64,000 bases of DNA from Blastocatellia bacterium (GTDB taxonomy: Bacteria; Acidobacteriota; Blastocatellia; UBA7656): the NCBI GenBank assembly GCA_035249305.1, contig DATFGQ010000084.1, positions 3,156-67,155 on the forward strand, in the 5' to 3' direction. A program made the translations under genes and the position numbers. Of the stretch, positions 37,928 to 48,123 are shown piece by piece; the stretch's first letter is position 1, and the number at the start of each line of letters is the position of its first letter. The notes below the pieces were generated by a model that worked only from the letters and a program-made list of their open reading frames with translations, did not search any database and was not told where the DNA came from.

Positions 37928-40465
37928 TTAGGACAGGCCGACCTTCCGCATGAAGTCTATAAAGCGCGGGTCCGCGCGGAGGCTGTCAAAGACCGGGTCG
38001 ACTTTAAGCCATGTCACGTAATACGAGCGCTCTGCGTAAACCTTGTCGAGCCATTCGTAGGCCTGCTCCTTGTCGCCGAGCGCCGTGTAGATTATCGCCA
38101 TCATGTAAGGCGAGACGTATTGCTCTTTAGCCGTCCGCTTCAGCCCCTCGGCCACCTTCACGGCCTCGTCCCGCCTCCCCATCAGCGCGTAGACGCGCCC
38201 GCTCCACCCTATCATAGTCGGGTCCTTGAAAAGCTTGCGCGACAGCTCGAACTCCTGTAAGGCTTCGGCGTACATGCGCTTCGCCTCGTAAGCGAGCGCG
38301 ATCTGGAAATGCGCTTCGGGGAAGTCCGGGTCCATCTCCAAAGTCTTCTTGAGCTGCTCGATCGCCTCGTCGTTGCGCCGCGCGTTGTACAACAGCCGCC
38401 CGAGCCCCGTGTTTATGATGAGCGAAAGCGGGTCGAGCTCAAGCGCGCGGCGGATCTCCCTCAGCCCTTCGACGTAGCGCGCGCGCCCGCCCAGGAACAT
38501 TGCGTACCAGTGGTGGGCCGTCGCGTAGTTGGGGTTCATCTCGATTGCGCGGCGGTACTCGCGCTCGGCCTCGGCCCAGTTCCAGTCGTACTCGTGGACC
38601 GCCGCGAGCGAGGTGTGGGCCTCGGCGAGCGTATCGTCGATCTCAAGCGCGCGCATCGTGGCGGCCTTCGCCCGCTGGCGGCTCTGCTCGGGAGGGACGG
38701 TGCTGTACTCGGTCAGCAGCCCGTAGCAGTCGGCCAGCCCCACGTAAGCCAGCGCGTAGGTCGGGTCCTTTTCAATCGCCTGGCTAAAATACTCTATGCC
38801 GCGGTTCAGCTCTTCGACGGTCCTCTTGTTCCAGTGGTAGCGCCCGCGCAGGTAAAGCTGGTATGCCTCCGTGCTGTCGGTGTGACTCTTCGTTATGCGC
38901 TTCTTCTGCTCGCCCGTCATGCGCAGGTGGAGCTTTTCGGCCACGAGCCGCGCTATATCTTCCTGCACGCTGAGCACGTCGGCCATGTTCAGGTTGTACT
39001 GTTTGCCCCAGACCTGGCTGTTGTCCGCAGCGTCGACAAGCTCGACGCTGATCGAAAGGGCGTCGCCGCGCTGGACTATCCTCCCCGTCAGCACGGCCTC
39101 GACATCGAGCTCGCGCCCGACCTCGCGCGCGTCCGCGTCGCGCCCTTTGTAGCGGAAGACGGAGTTGCGCGACATGACCTTGAGGTTCGGCGACTGCGAG
39201 AGGTTGTTTATCAGGCTCTCGGTTATGCCGTCCGACAGGTAGTCCATGCCCTGGTCCTGGCTGCCGTTGACGAACGGCAGGACCGCGATCGAATTCATGG
39301 CGCGCGTGACGCGCATCTGGGGGTAGACGAAGAGGAAGAAGACTATGACCAGGGCGACGGCCGCGGCCCCTACCAGGGCCACCGCGCCGGGCTTCTTGAA
39401 CGTGCCCGTGACCTGTTCGGTGACCGAGATCTTTCTGGTCGTCACGCTGCCGGTCGGGCTCTCCCTGAGCGTCGATATGTCGTCGCGTATGGCGACCGTC
39501 GTCCCGCCGCCTATGTCCGGCGAGGCGGAGAGCTCCAGGCCCGACTCGAACTCCAGCCGCTGCTTCTGCTTCCTCAAAGCGATCATGAACTCTCTGGCGG
39601 TCTGATAGCGGTCGCCCTTGTCTTTAGACATCGCGCGCGCGATCACGCGGTCGATGCGGTCCGGGACTTCGGGCGCGAGCGAGGGGAGCGGCTCGGGCTG
39701 ACGGTTGAGTATCGAAGCGACTATGTCGACGACCGTGTCGCCCTGGAAGGGCTTGCGGCCCGCTATCATCTCGTAGAGCATCACGCCGAGGCTGAATATG
39801 TCTGTGCGCGCGTCGAGCTTCTGGCCCCGCGCCTGCTCGGGCGACATGTAGCTGGGGCTGCCGAGTATCACGTTCGATTCCGTCTGGACGACGGCCAGCG
39901 TCGGCGCGTCCATGTCGAGCGAGTCCGAGTTAGTAGACTCTTGCTCGTTGAACTTATCGGTCAGCTTTGCTATCCCGAAGTCGAGCACCTTCACGTAACC
40001 GTCGGGACGGATCATTACGTTCTCGGGCTTTATGTCGCGGTGAACTATGCCCGCCTGGTGCGCCGCCGCAAGCGCGCCCGCCACCTGTATGCCGATCTCA
40101 AGGATCTCTAAAAGAGAGAGACGCGGCTCGGACGAGAGGCGGCGGCGAAGCGTTTCGCCTTCGATGTATTCGGTCGCGATGAAGTGCGTCGAATCGGACT
40201 GGCCTATGTCGTGGATGGTGATTATGTTCGGGTGGTTGAGCGCAGAGGCCGTCCGCGCCTCCTGCTCGAAGCGGCGCAATCGGTCCGCGTTCTTGACGAA
40301 GCTCGCGGGAAGGAGCTTCAAGGCGACCTTGCGGCCCAACCGAGTGTCTTCGGCAAGGTAGACCTCGCCCATCCCGCCCGCGCCCAGGCTAGACAATACC
40401 CTGTAGTGATTGATAATCGTTCCGGTTTCCAGAGTCACAAAGTTAGATAGGGGCGTCTTTCTCAC
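37928..40465 (-). CDS. Ser/Thr protein kinase with a TM helix, a TolB-like periplasmic module and C-terminal TPR repeats
   Basis: The kinase domain has GAGGMGEVY, VALK, HRDIKPENVM, DFGIAK and SPSYMSPEQ. The TM helix is VALVGAAAVALVIVFFLFVY. This is followed by IAVLPFVNGSQDQGMDYLSDGITESLI and then multiple TPRs. Confidence 0.9.
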   Translation of the reverse strand: MRKTPLSNFVTLETGTIINHYRVLSSLGAGGMGEVYLAEDTRLGRKVALKLLPASFVKNADRLRRFEQEARTASALNHPNIITIHDIGQSDSTHFIATEYIEGETLRRRLSSEPRLSLLEILEIGIQVAGALAAAHQAGIVHRDIKPENVMIRPDGYVKVLDFGIAKLTDKFNEQESTNSDSLDMDAPTLAVVQTESNVILGSPSYMSPEQARGQKLDARTDIFSLGVMLYEMIAGRKPFQGDTVVDIVASILNRQPEPLPSLAPEVPDRIDRVIARAMSKDKGDRYQTAREFMIALRKQKQRLEFESGLELSASPDIGGGTTVAIRDDISTLRESPTGSVTTRKISVTEQVTGTFKKPGAVALVGAAAVALVIVFFLFVYPQMRVTRAMNSIAVLPFVNGSQDQGMDYLSDGITESLINNLSQSPNLKVMSRNSVFRYKGRDADAREVGRELDVEAVLTGRIVQRGDALSISVELVDAADNSQVWGKQYNLNMADVLSVQEDIARLVAEKLHLRMTGEQKKRITKSHTDSTEAYQLYLRGRYHWNKRTVEELNRGIEYFSQAIEKDPTYALAYVGLADCYGLLTEYSTVPPEQSRQRAKAATMRALEIDDTLAEAHTSLAAVHEYDWNWAEAEREYRRAIEMNPNYATAHHWYAMFLGGRARYVEGLREIRRALELDPLSLIINTGLGRLLYNARRNDEAIEQLKKTLEMDPDFPEAHFQIALAYEAKRMYAEALQEFELSRKLFKDPTMIGWSGRVYALMGRRDEAVKVAEGLKRTAKEQYVSPYMMAIIYTALGDKEQAYEWLDKVYAERSYYVTWLKVDPVFDSLRADPRFIDFMRKVGLS

Positions 40466-40589
40466 CCGGCCAGAAAAGAAACATCTCGCGCCTCGGCGCG
40501 CAGCTTAACACCCGAACCCGAAATATTCAAACATACTAATTGTAGCAGACGCGCCGGAGAGATTCATCGCCCGCGGCTTTCGCGAGCCG

Positions 40590-41330
40590 CTAGCTCGGCA
40601 TAGCGCCTTCGCGCTTGAGCCATTTCTGGAGGGCTTCGTTTTCGCGCGCCAGCTCGTCGGCGTTTATGAGCCCGCGCTGGAGCGCGATCGAGATGGCGCG
40701 CGAGCGCGGGCTGTAGGTGTTCCCCCACCGCTCGTCGTTGACCTGCTCGTTGTCGACGCCGAGCTTCGCGTAGAGCTCGCGCAGGCGGTTCTGCACGCCG
40801 CGTTCGGAGAGATACCTCCGGCGCGCGATCGCTTTGTCGGTGAGCCCTACGGCTATGTCTATCAACGCCTCGTGCTCGACATCCGTGAGGCCGGATATGC
40901 GGCTTGCGGCGCGCGACTGGACCTGGCGGACTTCGGGGTCGATCCAGCACTGCTCGTCTAACAGCACGGCGCGCAATGCCGCTATGAGCTTCGCGTCGGA
41001 AGCGGATTTCAGCACGTAACCGTAGACGGTCTCGGCGGGCACGATCCGCGCCAGCTCGCGCACGTAGATCTCGTCTTTGTACTGTGACCAGAAGACGATT
41101 CGCGCGAGCGGCGTCTCGCCCCATATCTGCCTGGCGGCATGCACGCCCGAAAGCCCCGCGAGCTTTATGTCGAGTATTACCAGTTGTGGGCGGCGCTCGC
41201 GCGCGATCTCGACGGCGCGGCCGCCGTCATCGGTCTCTATGATCGGGCAGGCCTCGGCGAAGTTGTCCGTTATGATCGCGCGGAGGTAATCGCGTTGAAA
41301 GGCCATGTCTTCGGCAATCAATACGCTCAT
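40590..41330 (-). CDS. Response regulator, NarL/LuxR-type HTH with a ~55 aa C-terminal extension
   Basis: The REC domain (MSVLIAEDMAF.., LVILDIKLAGLSG) is followed by the LuxR HTH LTDVEHEALIDIAVGLTDKAIARRRYLSERGVQNRLRELYAKLGV. An extra tail runs to ..NEALQKWLKREGAMPS. Confidence 0.8.
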   Translation of the reverse strand: MSVLIAEDMAFQRDYLRAIITDNFAEACPIIETDDGGRAVEIARERRPQLVILDIKLAGLSGVHAARQIWGETPLARIVFWSQYKDEIYVRELARIVPAETVYGYVLKSASDAKLIAALRAVLLDEQCWIDPEVRQVQSRAASRISGLTDVEHEALIDIAVGLTDKAIARRRYLSERGVQNRLRELYAKLGVDNEQVNDERWGNTYSPRSRAISIALQRGLINADELARENEALQKWLKREGAMPS

Positions 41331-41333
41331 CCC

Positions 41334-42101
41334 TCACCCCTTCATCGGCACGTAGATTTCTACGGCCGTCCCCTGCCCGCCCATGCCGCGGAGCCAGGTA
41401 AGGCTCGCGCCTATCAGCCGCGCGCGGTAACGCATGTTATCGAGGCCGCGCGCGCGGCCCAGCTCGCCCGACTCGGTCATCCCGCGCCCGTCGTCGACTA
41501 CGCGTATGAAAAGGTCTTCGCCCACGCGCGCGACCAATAGCTCGACCGAGCGCGCCTGCGCGTGCTTCGATATGTTGTTGAGCGACTCCTGGACTATGCG
41601 GTAGACCAGCAACTGCTCAATCTCGGAAAGGCGCACCTCTTCTTCTTTAACCAGGCAGGCGAACCGCGCGGCGAAGGGGCGGTCCGCGCCCGACGCGGCG
41701 CGCGACAGGCAGTTCTCAAGCGCGGGCAAAAACCCCAGCGTGTCGAGCGCCGAAGGGCTGAGGTTTTCCATAGCCCTGCGCACCTCGTTCATAGCCGCTT
41801 CAAGCCCCGTCACCATGTAACCGAGCCCGTCGCGCACCTCCGGCGACATCTTCCCTTCGGGCAGCTCGACCAGCCGCCTCGCTATGCGCGCAAGCTCGCG
41901 CAGGTCCGACAGCGTCTGGTCGTGGAGGTCGGCCGCCAGAAGCTTCCGCTCGCTTTCGGCCAAAGTCACAAACTGCAACAGCCCCTCTATCAATTCGCGC
42001 TGAGTGTCCAATCCATTTTCTCCATTAGCGACTACGACAAAAGAGCCTTTAACAGACTGTGGGATCCCACAGTCTGATCCTGCGCCTCGCGGTCGCCACA
42101 A
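41334..42101 (-). CDS. Soluble histidine kinase (HisKA_3 + HATPase_c) with no recognisable sensor or TM domain
   Basis: Has the H-box LAADLHDQTLSDL, the N-box QESLNNISKHA and the G-boxes VVDDGRGM and GLDNMRYRA. Its stop is 3 nt before the RR start. The N-terminal start is uncertain. Confidence 0.75.
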   Translation of the reverse strand: MWRPRGAGSDCGIPQSVKGSFVVVANGENGLDTQRELIEGLLQFVTLAESERKLLAADLHDQTLSDLRELARIARRLVELPEGKMSPEVRDGLGYMVTGLEAAMNEVRRAMENLSPSALDTLGFLPALENCLSRAASGADRPFAARFACLVKEEEVRLSEIEQLLVYRIVQESLNNISKHAQARSVELLVARVGEDLFIRVVDDGRGMTESGELGRARGLDNMRYRARLIGASLTWLRGMGGQGTAVEIYVPMKG

Positions 42102-42277
42102 ATACGGGAATCAACCTACTCCGATCCGCGGTCCGGGAGTAGACTCCCCTGCGTCTTCCGAAGATGTCAACGCTCGGTGGGCGGGGCTCATGCCTTCGGG
42201 CCTCGCCCGACTTTCCGGGAGGCGGAATTTATACGTTACTCGATTGTCAGACTGCAAGAAAGGAGCTTACAAAAAAA

Positions 42278-42655
42278 ATGAAATCGATTAGACAAAGATC
42301 AATAGCGTTGGCGGTGGCATTGACGCTCACATTAATCACCCTGACCACAAGCGCTCCGAATGCTTCGGCCTCGACCCGCTACCGGGTTATCGCCGGCCGA
42401 GTGATCAAGAAAGATATGAAAGAGCGGCAGATGCTCGTAGCCGACCGCTCGTCTAAGAAGCTCTACCTGATCAACGTAGCTGAAGACGCCAGCTTCAAGA
42501 TCACCTTCGGCCGAAACATGCAACTGAGCGCGGCCGGTCTCAAAGATGTCGACCGCAACAACCGCGTCGAGCTGCGTATCACGCGGACCGACAAAGAGCA
42601 TCTCTCCAGGCTGTACGATGGACGCGAAGTGATCGAGGTTGACGCCGCTCACTAG
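42278..42655 (+). CDS. Small secreted hypothetical protein
   Basis: Begins MKSIRQRSIALAVALTLTLITLTTSAPNASA (signal peptide). AGGAG (42261-42265) lies upstream of ATG 42278. The tracked ORF start at 42164 is unlikely. Confidence 0.55.
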   Translation: MKSIRQRSIALAVALTLTLITLTTSAPNASASTRYRVIAGRVIKKDMKERQMLVADRSSKKLYLINVAEDASFKITFGRNMQLSAAGLKDVDRNNRVELRITRTDKEHLSRLYDGREVIEVDAAH

Positions 42656-42812
42656 ACCGTTATCCCCCGGGCGGCCGCACCCGTATCCGCAAAGCGGTCG
42701 CCCTTAAATCCTCATACACTCCCACCCACGAGCCGGGCCGCACTGCCGTTCCCTTCGCAACCGGGAATCGCGGCCCGGCGCTTCTCATTTTGGTGGTAGA
42801 ATCTATCTCACG

Positions 42813-43508
42813 ATGTCGCCGCGCGCCAAACGGCCGAAAGCCGGCCTTCTGCTTCTGGCGGTCGTCGCCTGCTGGCTGGCGGCCGGGGCTTGCCGCGACC
42901 GTGACACCCCGCGCAGTCAAGAAATCATTATTGCCGGAGAGCCCGACGAATACTCCGCCACAGTCACTCGCACGGTCGAAGACCAGACAGGCCGCCGGGT
43001 CTTTGTCACACGCGTGGCCCGCCGGGGCGATATGTTCAGGGAGGAGTGGAGCGAGCAAGGCGAATCGCGCGCGCTCATCCACCGGCCCGACCTCGGCAAG
43101 AGCTTTCTGCTTTTCCCGGACAGCCGGACCTACACGGAATCTGAACCCGACCAGAGCCAGGCGGGCGCTAAAGAGGCGGCCGGCGAGCTCGACCCCGATC
43201 AGATAGAGAGGCTTTTCGACGACGCGGCGCAGCCACCGCGCGTCGATGCACGCGCACTGCCGGACCAGACCGTTGAGGGCTACAGTTGCGCCGTGACGGA
43301 GGAGCTCGCCACCTTGGAAGACGGCCGCGCGGAGGTGACGCGGCTGTTTCGCGCCCGCGACCTGTCGGGGCTCGCCCTGCGCGTGGAGGTCGAAAGCGAC
43401 GCGCTTAAAATCATAACCGAGCGCCGCGACATCCAGACCCGTGTGCCGGCAGAGTTGTTCAACGTCCCTGAAGGTTTCAGGAAAGTTGCCCGTCCGGCGA
43501 CGAGGTAG
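42813..43508 (+). CDS. Hypothetical lipoprotein (LolA/DUF4412-like)
   Basis: Has the lipobox-like signal LLLLAVVACWLAAGAC. No catalytic motifs. Confidence 0.55.
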   Translation: MSPRAKRPKAGLLLLAVVACWLAAGACRDRDTPRSQEIIIAGEPDEYSATVTRTVEDQTGRRVFVTRVARRGDMFREEWSEQGESRALIHRPDLGKSFLLFPDSRTYTESEPDQSQAGAKEAAGELDPDQIERLFDDAAQPPRVDARALPDQTVEGYSCAVTEELATLEDGRAEVTRLFRARDLSGLALRVEVESDALKIITERRDIQTRVPAELFNVPEGFRKVARPATR

Positions 43509-43620
43509 AAAAAAGTTGCTTGCGGCCGGGGCCGTTTCCGATTAGTCTGTCAACGGCAACCGAAGGATGATTGATTGCAGTCTGCCGAGATTATTTCGAG
43601 CAAGCAGGAGATAAGGTAGG

Positions 43621-44385
43621 ATGGAGGTTAAGAACCCACACATACTCATAATAGAAGACGACGAAGACACGCGATTCGTATACAGCGTTCTTTTGCAGAT
43701 GGAGGGATACCTCATCACTCACGTAGGGACTATAGCCGAAGCCATATCGCGGATACTGTCGACGAATTATGAGCTTATAATAATGGACGTGCGGCTGCCG
43801 GACGGCGACGGCGTAGAGCTCTGCACGCAGATCCGCGCCTTCAACAAGATCACGCCGATCATGTTCGTGTCGGCGGCGGCCTTCGAGAAAGATATTGATC
43901 GCGGGATGAAGGCCGGCGCGCAGGCTTACATGACGAAACCGGCCGACGCCAACAAGCTGGTTGAAAACGTCGCCTACCTGCTGGGGAAGAAAGCCATGCC
44001 CCACACGCACTGGGATACGACGTCGCTCAACCTTCTGGTGACGACGGCCGGCGTGGCCGCGGCTTTGATAGACGAGAATCGCGTTTATAAAGCCGTCAGC
44101 CCGACTTACGCCGCGGCAGGCGGCTGTCTGGTCGATGATCTGGTCGGAAAGCCTTTGACGAACATATTCCCCGACGTGAGCGGCACGACAGTTCACATGC
44201 TTGAAAAGGTCTGGCAGACGAAACAACCCTACTTCCTCTCCCGCTATCCTTACGCGCTGCCCGAGCGCGGGGTCACCTACTGGGACGCGGCCATGTGGCC
44301 TATAGACAGGAGCGAATCGGGCACAGACATTCTGATCGTAGTCAGGCAGAAAGAGCAGAGCGGAGACATAGTCGCTTCGTTGTGA
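43621..44385 (+). CDS. Response regulator receiver domain fused to a PAS-like domain
   Basis: The REC domain has HILIIEDDEDTR, LIIMDVRLPDGDG and YMTKP. A C-terminal ~120 aa PAS-like region follows (LIDENRVYKAVSPTYAAAGG..VGKPLTNIFP). Confidence 0.7.
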   Translation: MEVKNPHILIIEDDEDTRFVYSVLLQMEGYLITHVGTIAEAISRILSTNYELIIMDVRLPDGDGVELCTQIRAFNKITPIMFVSAAAFEKDIDRGMKAGAQAYMTKPADANKLVENVAYLLGKKAMPHTHWDTTSLNLLVTTAGVAAALIDENRVYKAVSPTYAAAGGCLVDDLVGKPLTNIFPDVSGTTVHMLEKVWQTKQPYFLSRYPYALPERGVTYWDAAMWPIDRSESGTDILIVVRQKEQSGDIVASL

Positions 44386-44422
44386 CGGAGAGCGACTGAT
44401 CTATTCAATCAGCCGCTCTCCG
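44386..44422. terminator. 15-bp hairpin between convergent genes (bidirectional terminator candidate)
   Basis: cggagagcgActgat (44386-44400) pairs with atcagCcgctctccg (44408-44422) with one mismatch and the 7-nt loop ctattca. It starts 1 nt after the RR-PAS stop and ends 8 nt before the PpiD-like stop. Confidence 0.6.
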
Positions 44423-44429
44423 CTTGGAA

Positions 44430-46559
44430 TCAACGCGGCGAAACCGGGAGGGTGCGCGACCGCGGGTTATTGGTTGGCATACCGGGTATCATCCCGCCGC
44501 CCGGCATCGGGAACGACCCCGGAGGCGTGGCCGTCCCGAACTCCGACGCAAGAACGTCGTTGTATATCTCTATATCGCCCTCGTCCTTGAGCCGCTTCTG
44601 GACCGCCGCCATGTAACTCATGTAGATCGTGTTGCGCTTCGCGTCGAGCAGCCGCTCGTAGATAGACTTCTTCTCTTTCTGAAAAGCCTCTCCCATGTCG
44701 GGGTTGCTGCGGTCTAAGACGGCCGCCACGACGTAAGAGTCACTGCCCGAGACCTTGATCGGCTCGCGGGTTATCTCGCCCTTGTTGAGCTTCTCGACTC
44801 TGCCCAGGTCGGCTTCGCTCGTTAACGGGCCGAGCTGCGGGTCGTTGCCGGGCGACCACCCGGAGCGCTCGTCCGGCTTAAGCCCCATCGAGGTGGCCAG
44901 CGACGATAGCGCTTCGGGGCTTGCGGCCGCGGCAAGCTGGCGCGCGCGCTCGGCGGCTATCTCCTTGGCCTTCTCCGTGCGGTAGCTGTCTTCGACCTTG
45001 GTCCTGGCCTCCTCGAAAGTCGCGTCGTGCGGCTCGCGTTTATCTACGAGCTGCGCCACGGCAAGACCGTTGTTTACGTTGATTTGGTCCGTGACGTCGC
45101 CCACAGCTTGGAGGGCGAAGACGGCTTGCTGAAACTCTGAGGCCGCGCCGAGGTTCGCCAGGCTGTCGTTGGGCGTGAAATAGGGAGTCTCTATTATAGA
45201 GGCGATCTGATTGCCATGCTTTGAGTTGATCTCGGCCAGCACCGCGTCGAGGTTCTTGCTCTCCTTCAGCTTCTGCGCCGCTTCGCCGGAGATCTGCACG
45301 GCGCGAGTGTAGCCCTTGCTGACGCGCGCTTCCTTGAGCAGTTGCTCGCGCGACTGCTCGAAAGTCGGGAGCCTTCGGTCTGTGACTTTGTATATATAGA
45401 CCTTATCGTTCTTCTCGGAGGCTATGGGCTGGCTCACCTCGTCCTTCGCCATGCTGAAGACGTTGAGCAGCGGGTTGTTCGGCTTGAGCGCGTCTTTGTT
45501 GACCCACCCTATGTCGCCGCCGTTGAGCTTGCTGGCCGAGTCGTCGCTGTACTGGCGAGCGAGCGCGGCGAAGTCTTCGGCCGGCTTGCCGCCCGTGCCC
45601 TTGGTCCGCTCGTTCAGGCTCGCGGCCAGCGCGCTGACTTCCTCTTTAGTCCTGGTGGGCTTCTGTGAGGTCGGCATCTTGGGCGCTGTGGGGTCCGCTG
45701 CCTGTGGGATGTTGAGCACGATCTGGCTGACGCGGACCTCCTTGACGCCGCGCTCGGGGTTGAACCCCTGGCGGAGCTCGTCGTCGGTCACCTGCAACGC
45801 GGCCCCCGCGCGCGTCTGGTCGACGAAGATGTAGCGCGCGCGGCGCTGCTCCGTCTCTACGCGGAAGTCCTGTCTGCGCTGGTCGAAGAAGGCGCGCAGC
45901 TCGGGCTCTGTGACCGGTACCTTGTCGCGAAACGCCGTGGGCGCCACGTCGACCCATCGCACGACGTAGCTGGTCTTGTTCTGGCGGTACTCTTCTTCGA
46001 CCTCCTGCGGCGACACCTGCGCGGCGGCCGAGATGAAGCTGCGTAGCTTCTGCTCGGCGATAGACTCTCTGAGGTTCTGCTCGAACTGCGTGGGGGTAGT
46101 GCCGGCCGCCGCCAGCCGCTCGCGGTACTGCTGCGCGCCCGGCCAGGGGTTGAACATCTGCTTGATGCGCTCTTCGACCTCGCGGTCCGAGGCCGAGAGG
46201 TTCAGCCTCTCAGCCTCGTATAGCTTGACCTTCTGGCTCACCAGGTCGTCGAGCACCTTCTGGCCGTAAAGCATGTAGGTCTGGGTCGTGTCACCCTGAT
46301 TAATGGAGCCCCGGCCGGCCGATACCTGCTGGCCGTAGAAGTTCAGCGCCTGGCGCAGCTCTCTCATCGTGATCTTGTGGCCGGCCACTTCACCTATCGA
46401 CTTCTCGTCGGGGGTCGTGGCCCCTTTGATCCCTTCCCATGCCGGCGTGAACGCGCCGATCAGCCCGAGCGCCAGCAGCCCGACGAAAGCTATCAACAAC
46501 CATTTGCGCGAGCGCTTGCGTTTGCTCAAGAATTTCAACATAAAGCGTATTGCCTCCAA
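44430..46559 (-). CDS. Periplasmic chaperone / peptidyl-prolyl isomerase, PpiD/SurA-like
   Basis: Has the N-terminal anchor WLLIAFVGLLALGLIGAF, a SurA_N-like region, and a parvulin-like segment (VRVSQIVLNIPQ...GGDIGWV). Length is 709 aa. Confidence 0.7.
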   Translation of the reverse strand: MEAIRFMLKFLSKRKRSRKWLLIAFVGLLALGLIGAFTPAWEGIKGATTPDEKSIGEVAGHKITMRELRQALNFYGQQVSAGRGSINQGDTTQTYMLYGQKVLDDLVSQKVKLYEAERLNLSASDREVEERIKQMFNPWPGAQQYRERLAAAGTTPTQFEQNLRESIAEQKLRSFISAAAQVSPQEVEEEYRQNKTSYVVRWVDVAPTAFRDKVPVTEPELRAFFDQRRQDFRVETEQRRARYIFVDQTRAGAALQVTDDELRQGFNPERGVKEVRVSQIVLNIPQAADPTAPKMPTSQKPTRTKEEVSALAASLNERTKGTGGKPAEDFAALARQYSDDSASKLNGGDIGWVNKDALKPNNPLLNVFSMAKDEVSQPIASEKNDKVYIYKVTDRRLPTFEQSREQLLKEARVSKGYTRAVQISGEAAQKLKESKNLDAVLAEINSKHGNQIASIIETPYFTPNDSLANLGAASEFQQAVFALQAVGDVTDQINVNNGLAVAQLVDKREPHDATFEEARTKVEDSYRTEKAKEIAAERARQLAAAASPEALSSLATSMGLKPDERSGWSPGNDPQLGPLTSEADLGRVEKLNKGEITREPIKVSGSDSYVVAAVLDRSNPDMGEAFQKEKKSIYERLLDAKRNTIYMSYMAAVQKRLKDEGDIEIYNDVLASEFGTATPPGSFPMPGGGMIPGMPTNNPRSRTLPVSPR

Positions 46560-46665
46560 TACTCGTCGCCCCCGGACGGGGCCATGCGAAAAATAATCTC
46601 TCTGAGGAAAACATGGATTCTAGTAAATCTTCACGCCGGTTGACAACCGCTTCGCCCGGCTACGA

Positions 46666-47955
46666 TCAGATCACGGCGCCGTCGGGGATGACGCCGTTCT
46701 TAGGGATTATCACGATGCCGTCCCGTATAGAGTAGCCGTCGCCGTCGAACTCCTCGCGCCGGCCTTCGTTTAGTATCTGAACGCCCGCGCCTATGCGCGC
46801 GTTCTTGTCGATGATCGCGCGGCGTATGAAACAGTTCTTGCCGACGCCTATGCGAGGGTGGATCGAATCTATGTCGCGCTGCATCTCGTCGAGCGTCTGG
46901 TAGTAGTCGGCCCCCATCATCAAGACGCCTTCCAGGCGCGTGCCGTGCTCTATGCGGCTGCGTATGCCGACTATCGAATCGGTCACCGTGGCGCCATTAA
47001 TGATGCAGCCCTCCGTGATTATAGAGCTCTGTATGCGGCAGTCTAACAGCTTCGACCCCGGCAGGTAGCGCGGGCGCGTGTACATCGGCGCTTCGGCGTC
47101 GAAGAAGTTGAAAGGCGGCAGCGGCAGCGTCATCTCCATGTTGGCGCGGTAGAACGCGCCTATCGTCCCGATGTCTTCCCAGTAGCCGTCGAACAGGTGC
47201 GCCTGCACGTTGGACTGCGACAGCACCTGCGGGATGATCTCTTTTCCGAAATCGATAGCCGACGGCGCCTCTTCGACCAGCAGTCGGTGGAGCAGGGCCT
47301 TGCTGAAGACGTAGATGCCCATCGAGGCCAGAAACGGCCGCCTGGCGGCCTCTTCGGCCGACAACCCGAGCTGCGTCGTGTCGACGCGCATGCGTTCGAG
47401 CGCCTCGCCCTTGGGCTTTTCGCTGAACTCGATTATGCGCCCAATCTCGTCGGTCTTGAGCAGGCCGAACCCCGACGCGTCCTCGTGGCGCGCGGCCGTC
47501 ACCCCCACGGTCAGGTCGGCCTTCGTCGCCACGTGCTTGGCGATGAAGTCGCGGTAGTCCATGCGGTAGAGGTGGTCGCCCGAAAGTATCAAGATCATGT
47601 CGCTTCTGTAGTCGTCGATGTGGTGCAGGCTCTGGCGCACGGCGTCGGCCGTCCCTTGAAACCAGTCGGGCCGCTCGGGCGTAAGCTCGGCGGCCAGTAT
47701 CTCGACAAACCCGTTTGTGAAGCGGCTGAAGCGGTATGTGCGCGCGATGTGGCGGTTGAGCGACGCCGAGTTGTATTGCGTCAGTATGAAGATGCGGTGT
47801 ATCTCGGAGTTGATGCAGTTCGACACAGGTATGTCTATGAGCCGGTATTTGCCGCCGAGCGGGACGGCCGGTTTCGCGCGTTGCTTCGTGAGCGGGTAAA
47901 GCCGCTGACCCGCTCCGCCTCCGAGTATCACTGCGATGATGTTGTCGGTCGCCAT
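46666..47955 (-). CDS. glgC: Glucose-1-phosphate adenylyltransferase
   Basis: Begins [44 protein letters not shown]. Also has FQGTADAV and a C-terminal left-handed beta-helix region. Confidence 0.9.
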   Translation of the reverse strand: MATDNIIAVILGGGAGQRLYPLTKQRAKPAVPLGGKYRLIDIPVSNCINSEIHRIFILTQYNSASLNRHIARTYRFSRFTNGFVEILAAELTPERPDWFQGTADAVRQSLHHIDDYRSDMILILSGDHLYRMDYRDFIAKHVATKADLTVGVTAARHEDASGFGLLKTDEIGRIIEFSEKPKGEALERMRVDTTQLGLSAEEAARRPFLASMGIYVFSKALLHRLLVEEAPSAIDFGKEIIPQVLSQSNVQAHLFDGYWEDIGTIGAFYRANMEMTLPLPPFNFFDAEAPMYTRPRYLPGSKLLDCRIQSSIITEGCIINGATVTDSIVGIRSRIEHGTRLEGVLMMGADYYQTLDEMQRDIDSIHPRIGVGKNCFIRRAIIDKNARIGAGVQILNEGRREEFDGDGYSIRDGIVIIPKNGVIPDGAVI

Positions 47956-48123
47956 CTGACCATCCCCCCGATCGTGCTCTTTGGATTTTTGCAGCTCGAC
48001 ACAAGCAGAAGAGTATAACCGCCCGGCGGCGGCGCGGAAAAGGTCGCCTCAGGCTTTGCTTTCAAAACCGGCTCAACTATGATCTGTTTACGTGGGCGCG
48101 AGATCAACCATCGAGGGGCATGC

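Noticed and set aside
38309-40111. A 600 aa ORF on the + strand, plus many other long antisense ORFs (for example 392..1372, 15933..16841, 18186..18887, 21385..22263, 23425..24552, 25885..26739, 28055..29014, 31655..32404, 34369..35451, 46997..48004, 53951..54808 and 60377..61069).
   Set aside because: All lie antisense or out of frame to genes with strong family motifs. Their translations are Arg/Ala/Gly/Pro-rich low-complexity strings typical of stop-codon-poor shadow frames in high-GC DNA. None has recognisable motifs or a convincing RBS.
46640-46666. A TTGACA ... TACGAT sigma70-like promoter on the + strand.
   Set aside because: The spacer is only 15 nt, and it points into the antisense of glgC with no + strand gene downstream. 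It is probably a chance match.
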